Positions 9,844 through 12,424 of a stretch of DNA of 12,424 nt are shown here, in pieces (within the stretch, counting starts at the first letter, position 1; every line of letters starts with the position of its first letter). Source of the stretch: Azolla caroliniana. Taxonomy: Eukaryota > Plantae > Polypodiophyta. The position numbers and the translations under genes are program-made. The DNA is taken from positions 1 through 12,424 of the forward strand of contig JBHGNT010001069.1 in NCBI GenBank assembly GCA_043228905.1, in the 5' to 3' direction. Under the pieces are notes generated by a model. That model had not been told where the DNA came from and searched no databases. It was given only the letters and a program-made list of their open reading frames with translations.

Positions 9844-9993
9844 TTCCAAACCGGTTTAGCCTAAACCGGTTTGTGAATTGGTTCGGTTCGGTTCGGTTCA
9901 GGTTTGAGATCCCCGAAACGGTTTAGGCTTAGCCGGTTTGGCTTGGATCAGGCCAAACCGGCTAAGCCTAAACCGAACCGTTGCCGATCCCTA
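9580..9993. mobile_element. Non-autonomous hAT (Ac/Ds-like) MITE, 414 bp
   Basis: TIRs TAGGGATCGGCAATGGCTCGG / TAGGGATCGGCAACGGTTCGG (19 of 21 match), a perfect 8-bp TSD GGTACAAG (9572-9579 and 9994-10001), and many subterminal AAACCG/AAGCCG motifs. Confidence 0.95.
9781..9840 (+). repeat. (GA)30 microsatellite
   Basis: Uninterrupted GA dinucleotide run of 60 bp, preceded by a degenerate purine tract from ~9722. Confidence 0.98.
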
Positions 9994-10230
9994 GGTACAA
10001 GGTTCAAATCTTGCTTGCACCACTCTTTTTACGCACTCAATCTCACTAGGCCCTAGGTTTGTTTTTATATTTTGTGTAATGAACACCTAAACACACATCA
10101 CACGTGCACATTAACGTGCTAAAATACATGTGTAACCACCACTCCTTTCATATGTGTACATATTGCACCTTCTCGATTTTGTCCGTTCCACACGATTTTC
10201 ACACCGTTGCCGAAAATCTTCATGACATTG

Positions 10231-10515
10231 TATGAGGTCAAGATTGATGCTAGTGATTATGTCGTAGGGACAATTGTATATTAAGATGCCAAACCTGTTG
10301 CATTTGAGAGTAAGAAATTTACTCTAACTCAGTGCAATACTCAATTCGAGAAAAATAGCTATTTGCAATAATATATGCACTAAGTCATGGAGAAATTAGT
10401 TGTATGGAAATCATTTTGTGGTAACTACGGAGCACCAAGTCCTTCAAATATTTTTGTGACCAAGAAGGCCTCATGGGTTGTAAGACACGATGGGTAGAAC
10501 TCATTCAAAACTTTC
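10231..10515 (+). pseudogene. pol: Gypsy RNase H (degenerate)
   Basis: YEVKIDASDYVVG, PVAFESKKF, YSIREK*LFAIIYALKSWR, LYGNHFVVTT and RWVELIQNF. Confidence 0.9.
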
Positions 10516-10573
10516 AAAAGATGCTCTTAAAACAAAATTTCTTCACTTTTCATGGCAACGGGTACAATCTTTT

Positions 10574-10585
10574 GGAGAGGGAGAG
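10574..10585 (+). other. Polypurine tract of the Gypsy element
   Basis: GGAGAGGGAGAG, 2 nt before the 3' LTR TG. Confidence 0.88.
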
Positions 10586-10587
10586 TA

Positions 10588-11179
10588 TGCTACGAGCATA
10601 ACCGTAACTGTAGTTGTGGGCTAATTTGTAATGATGAAGGGTGAGGATTGATTTATCTCAATCCTACAGTGAGATCTAACTTCAAAGTGTTTATCACTTG
10701 GCTACTTTTTATAAAAGAAAACAACCAAAGTGAGAAACACACACAAGGGGCCTAGGAATTGAGCCTATAAAAGAAGGCTAGTTAGCTTCATCAAGTTATA
10801 TCGTACATTAGGATATAACTTCGAAGTGTTTATCACTTGGCTACTTTTTATTAAAAAAACAACCAAGAGAGAAACACACACAAAGGGCCTAGGAATTGAG
10901 CCTATAGAAGAAGGCTAGTTGCCTTCATCAAGGGGCATCTCTTTTCTTTATTGTTTTGTGAAAGAGACTTTGAGAGTGTGGAAGAGCTGTAACTTCGTAC
11001 ACATGTGCCTCCTTCTTTAACCCCAAGGCACAGTTCATGTCTATAGACGGTGGTGTGGGACACCAATGGGGGACTTAGATCTATCCCTCACCTTTGTTAG
11101 GGGTGGTTGAGTGGACCGGCACCCTTTCTTCCTTATTTTCCCTCCTTAATTTTCCTAGACATTAATTAACATTCTAATA
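10588..11179 (+). repeat. 3' LTR of the Gypsy element, with an internal ~122-bp duplication
   Basis: Homologous to 2338-2739. Segment 10673-10795 is repeated at 10812-10932. Ends ATTCTAATA (CA to TA). Confidence 0.9.
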
Positions 11180-11589
11180 ATGAGGAAAAATAAATCCTAG
11201 CTGAAAAAAAAATTAAAAAAAACTCATAAAACCACAAAACCATAATGGTGCACACCAAAACTCAAAATGAAATAAACCCTCTTTTTATATGTAGAGAAAG
11301 AGGCACCTATTTTTGGTATTAAATGTATTTCTTCCTTTTTTTCTTCGAAAATGCAAAAAAGAAATAATTCCTAAAGACGTGTTAACAAAGATTTAAACTC
11401 CATACTTCTTATACATAGTTAATGACCCTAACCACTAGTTTATTTGCTTTTGGAACCTCCAACCTCCTTGGTCATAATGGAAACTTATAGAGACTTCCGA
11501 AGCATGCACTTTCAAAAAAATTGGAATGTTCTAAGAACTTCTAGACTATGCATGCACATGAAGTGCTTAGGAACACGTGTAAATACAGT

Positions 11590-11619
11590 TGTTCACCTTG
11601 ATCTCAATCAAGGTGAACA
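11590..11619. repeat. Perfect 13-bp hairpin
   Basis: TGTTCACCTTGAT-CTCA-ATCAAGGTGAACA. Confidence 0.9.
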
Positions 11620-11729
11620 CAATTTATGGAATCATAAGTACAATCCAATAAGTTCTTTCTCCCTCAATATTTTGTCTCTTGTCTCACATTCCTTGCCTCC
11701 GTTTTGGTCTATTCTAATTATCTGTGACA

Positions 11730-12175
11730 TTCATGTTGTACCAGTTGGATATTGGGTGGGATGCATTTGTAATAGTGTGCACACTTGATTCAAGAATCCT
11801 TGAAATTGTATATGAGTACCATCAAACTTCACTAGTAGCCATCAATAAGATATTGGGTGGGATGAATTTGTAATAATAGACACACATGATTCAAGAATTA
11901 TTGAAATTATGATTGAGTACCATCAAATTGATCTTGGTTTCTTTTGGGGAATTTTGTGCTTCCAAGTCTTATTATTGCAAAGTCCCTAGCGTTACTTCAA
12001 GTTGGTGAATCCTTTGAGTTAATCCCTCAAGTTGAGCTTTCTCAACTAACAATTCTTATACATCCTTGCGATACCTTTGATTCTCTTGCTCTAAGGCCAT
12101 GAACTTGGTCGTATTCTAGCTAGTAACAACTTGTATACACTCTAGTTCACTTATTGTTGCTTTGGTTATGAGAAC
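11730..12175 (-). pseudogene. gag: Degenerate N-terminal gag of a second Ty3/Gypsy element (possibly Tcn1-like)
   Basis: The minus strand reads a coiled-coil-like KFMALEQENQRYRKDV*ELLVEKAQLEGLTQRIHQLE, then PKETKI, then FDGTQS*FQ*FLNHVCLLLQIHPTQY and KFDGTHIQFQGFLNQVCTLLQMHPTQYP. This fits the P-x-KFDG...F..F..Q gag pattern. Confidence 0.75.
11748..11927. repeat. Diverged direct repeat of 79 bp with 101-bp period
   Basis: 11748-11826 vs 11849-11927 share GATATTGGGTGGGATG, TGATTCAAGAAT and TGAGTACCATCAAA. Confidence 0.9.
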
Positions 12176-12424
12176 ATAGAGTGAGGATTTCTTCAAGAAA
12201 TAAAAAATAAAAAATTCTAATTCAAACTATCATGTTCATAGTCGAGAATCGAATCAAGGAAGAGAATACAAAGAGAGAAATAAGAGACGAATGGCAGGGT
12301 CATATCTAAGAACAAAATTATTGAAGAAGAACGAAATGTATTAATAACAACTAACAACTAACAAGATACAAGAACATGTTGAAGGCTAACGTTGAACTAG
12401 TATGGTGCATCAATATTACAACAT

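Larger units (their letters stand above)
9524..10030 (+). other. Degenerate tRNA-like Pol III cassette (A box, B box, T5), split by the hAT MITE
   Basis: A-box-like TAGCCCTAGTGGTAA (9535-9549) and B-box-like GGTTCAAATC (10001-10010). After MITE removal the unit GTGTATG...CTTGCACCA is 77 nt, followed by TTTTT at 10026-10030. Confidence 0.55.
9277..10227. mobile_element. Solo-LTR-like or TIR-bounded insertion between RT and RNase H
   Basis: Removing it restores AAA CCG TAT GAG GTC (PDSSKP-YEVKIDAS). The termini CGTCGCGAAAAT / ATCTTCATGACA are degenerate inverted repeats of a TGTCACGAA type. Candidate TSD CCGT/TTGT. Confidence 0.7.
2338..11179 (+). mobile_element. Degenerate Ty3/Gypsy (chromovirus-like) LTR retrotransposon with nested insertions
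   Basis: Two homologous LTRs, a degenerate PBS (2742-2753), a PPT (10574-10585), domain order gag-PR-RT-RNaseH, and a flanking 5-bp TSD: GTGAG (2333-2337) / ATGAG (11180-11184). Confidence 0.9.

Noticed and set aside
9622-9849. 75-aa SLSLSL ORF
   Set aside because: It is a translation of the (GA)n microsatellite within a MITE.
9580-9993. CRISPR-like short repeats (AAACCG, GGTTC)
   Set aside because: The spacing is irregular with no unique spacers. They are hAT subterminal repeats in eukaryotic DNA.
9524-10022. Genuine tRNA gene
   Set aside because: The D, anticodon and T stems pair poorly, no anticodon can be assigned, and it is interrupted by a MITE.
10194-10227. Helitron 3' end (hairpin near the insert terminus)
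   Set aside because: There is no CTRR terminus or A-T target site, and the inverted termini plus a candidate TSD fit an LTR or TIR element better.
11444-11788. 114-aa plus-strand ORF, and likewise ORFs 288-557, 1634-1828 and 3122-3385
   Set aside because: They have no domain features and lie in LTR, leader or antisense retroelement sequence, so they are probably chance ORFs.

Overview
Eukaryotic DNA, most likely from a non-seed plant such as a fern, judging by PLS-type PPR fragments and the retroelement types. The window is almost entirely nested transposons and holds no intact host gene. (1) A minus-strand Copia element (5' LTR 128-514, tRNA-iMet PBS, start of gag) is inserted into the RT of a plus-strand Tork/Tnt1-like Copia element (pol remnant 515-1452, PPT, LTR from 1496). 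(2) An old Ty3/Gypsy element spans 2338-11179, with LTRs at 2338-2739 and 10588-11179, a GTGAG/ATGAG target duplication, decayed gag-PR-RT-RNaseH and no integrase. It is interrupted by a 2.9-kb 5'-truncated L1-like LINE (5292-8205, 16-bp TSD, short A tail) whose 3' portion consists of PPR-gene fragments. It is also interrupted by a ~950-bp solo-LTR-like insert (9277-10227) carrying a tRNA-like A/B-box cassette, which is split by a hAT MITE (9580-9993, 8-bp TSD, (GA)30). (3) A separate minus-strand Gypsy gag remnant lies at the right end. The most notable signal is the LINE carrying PPR cargo. I see no evidence of an intact novel protein-coding system.
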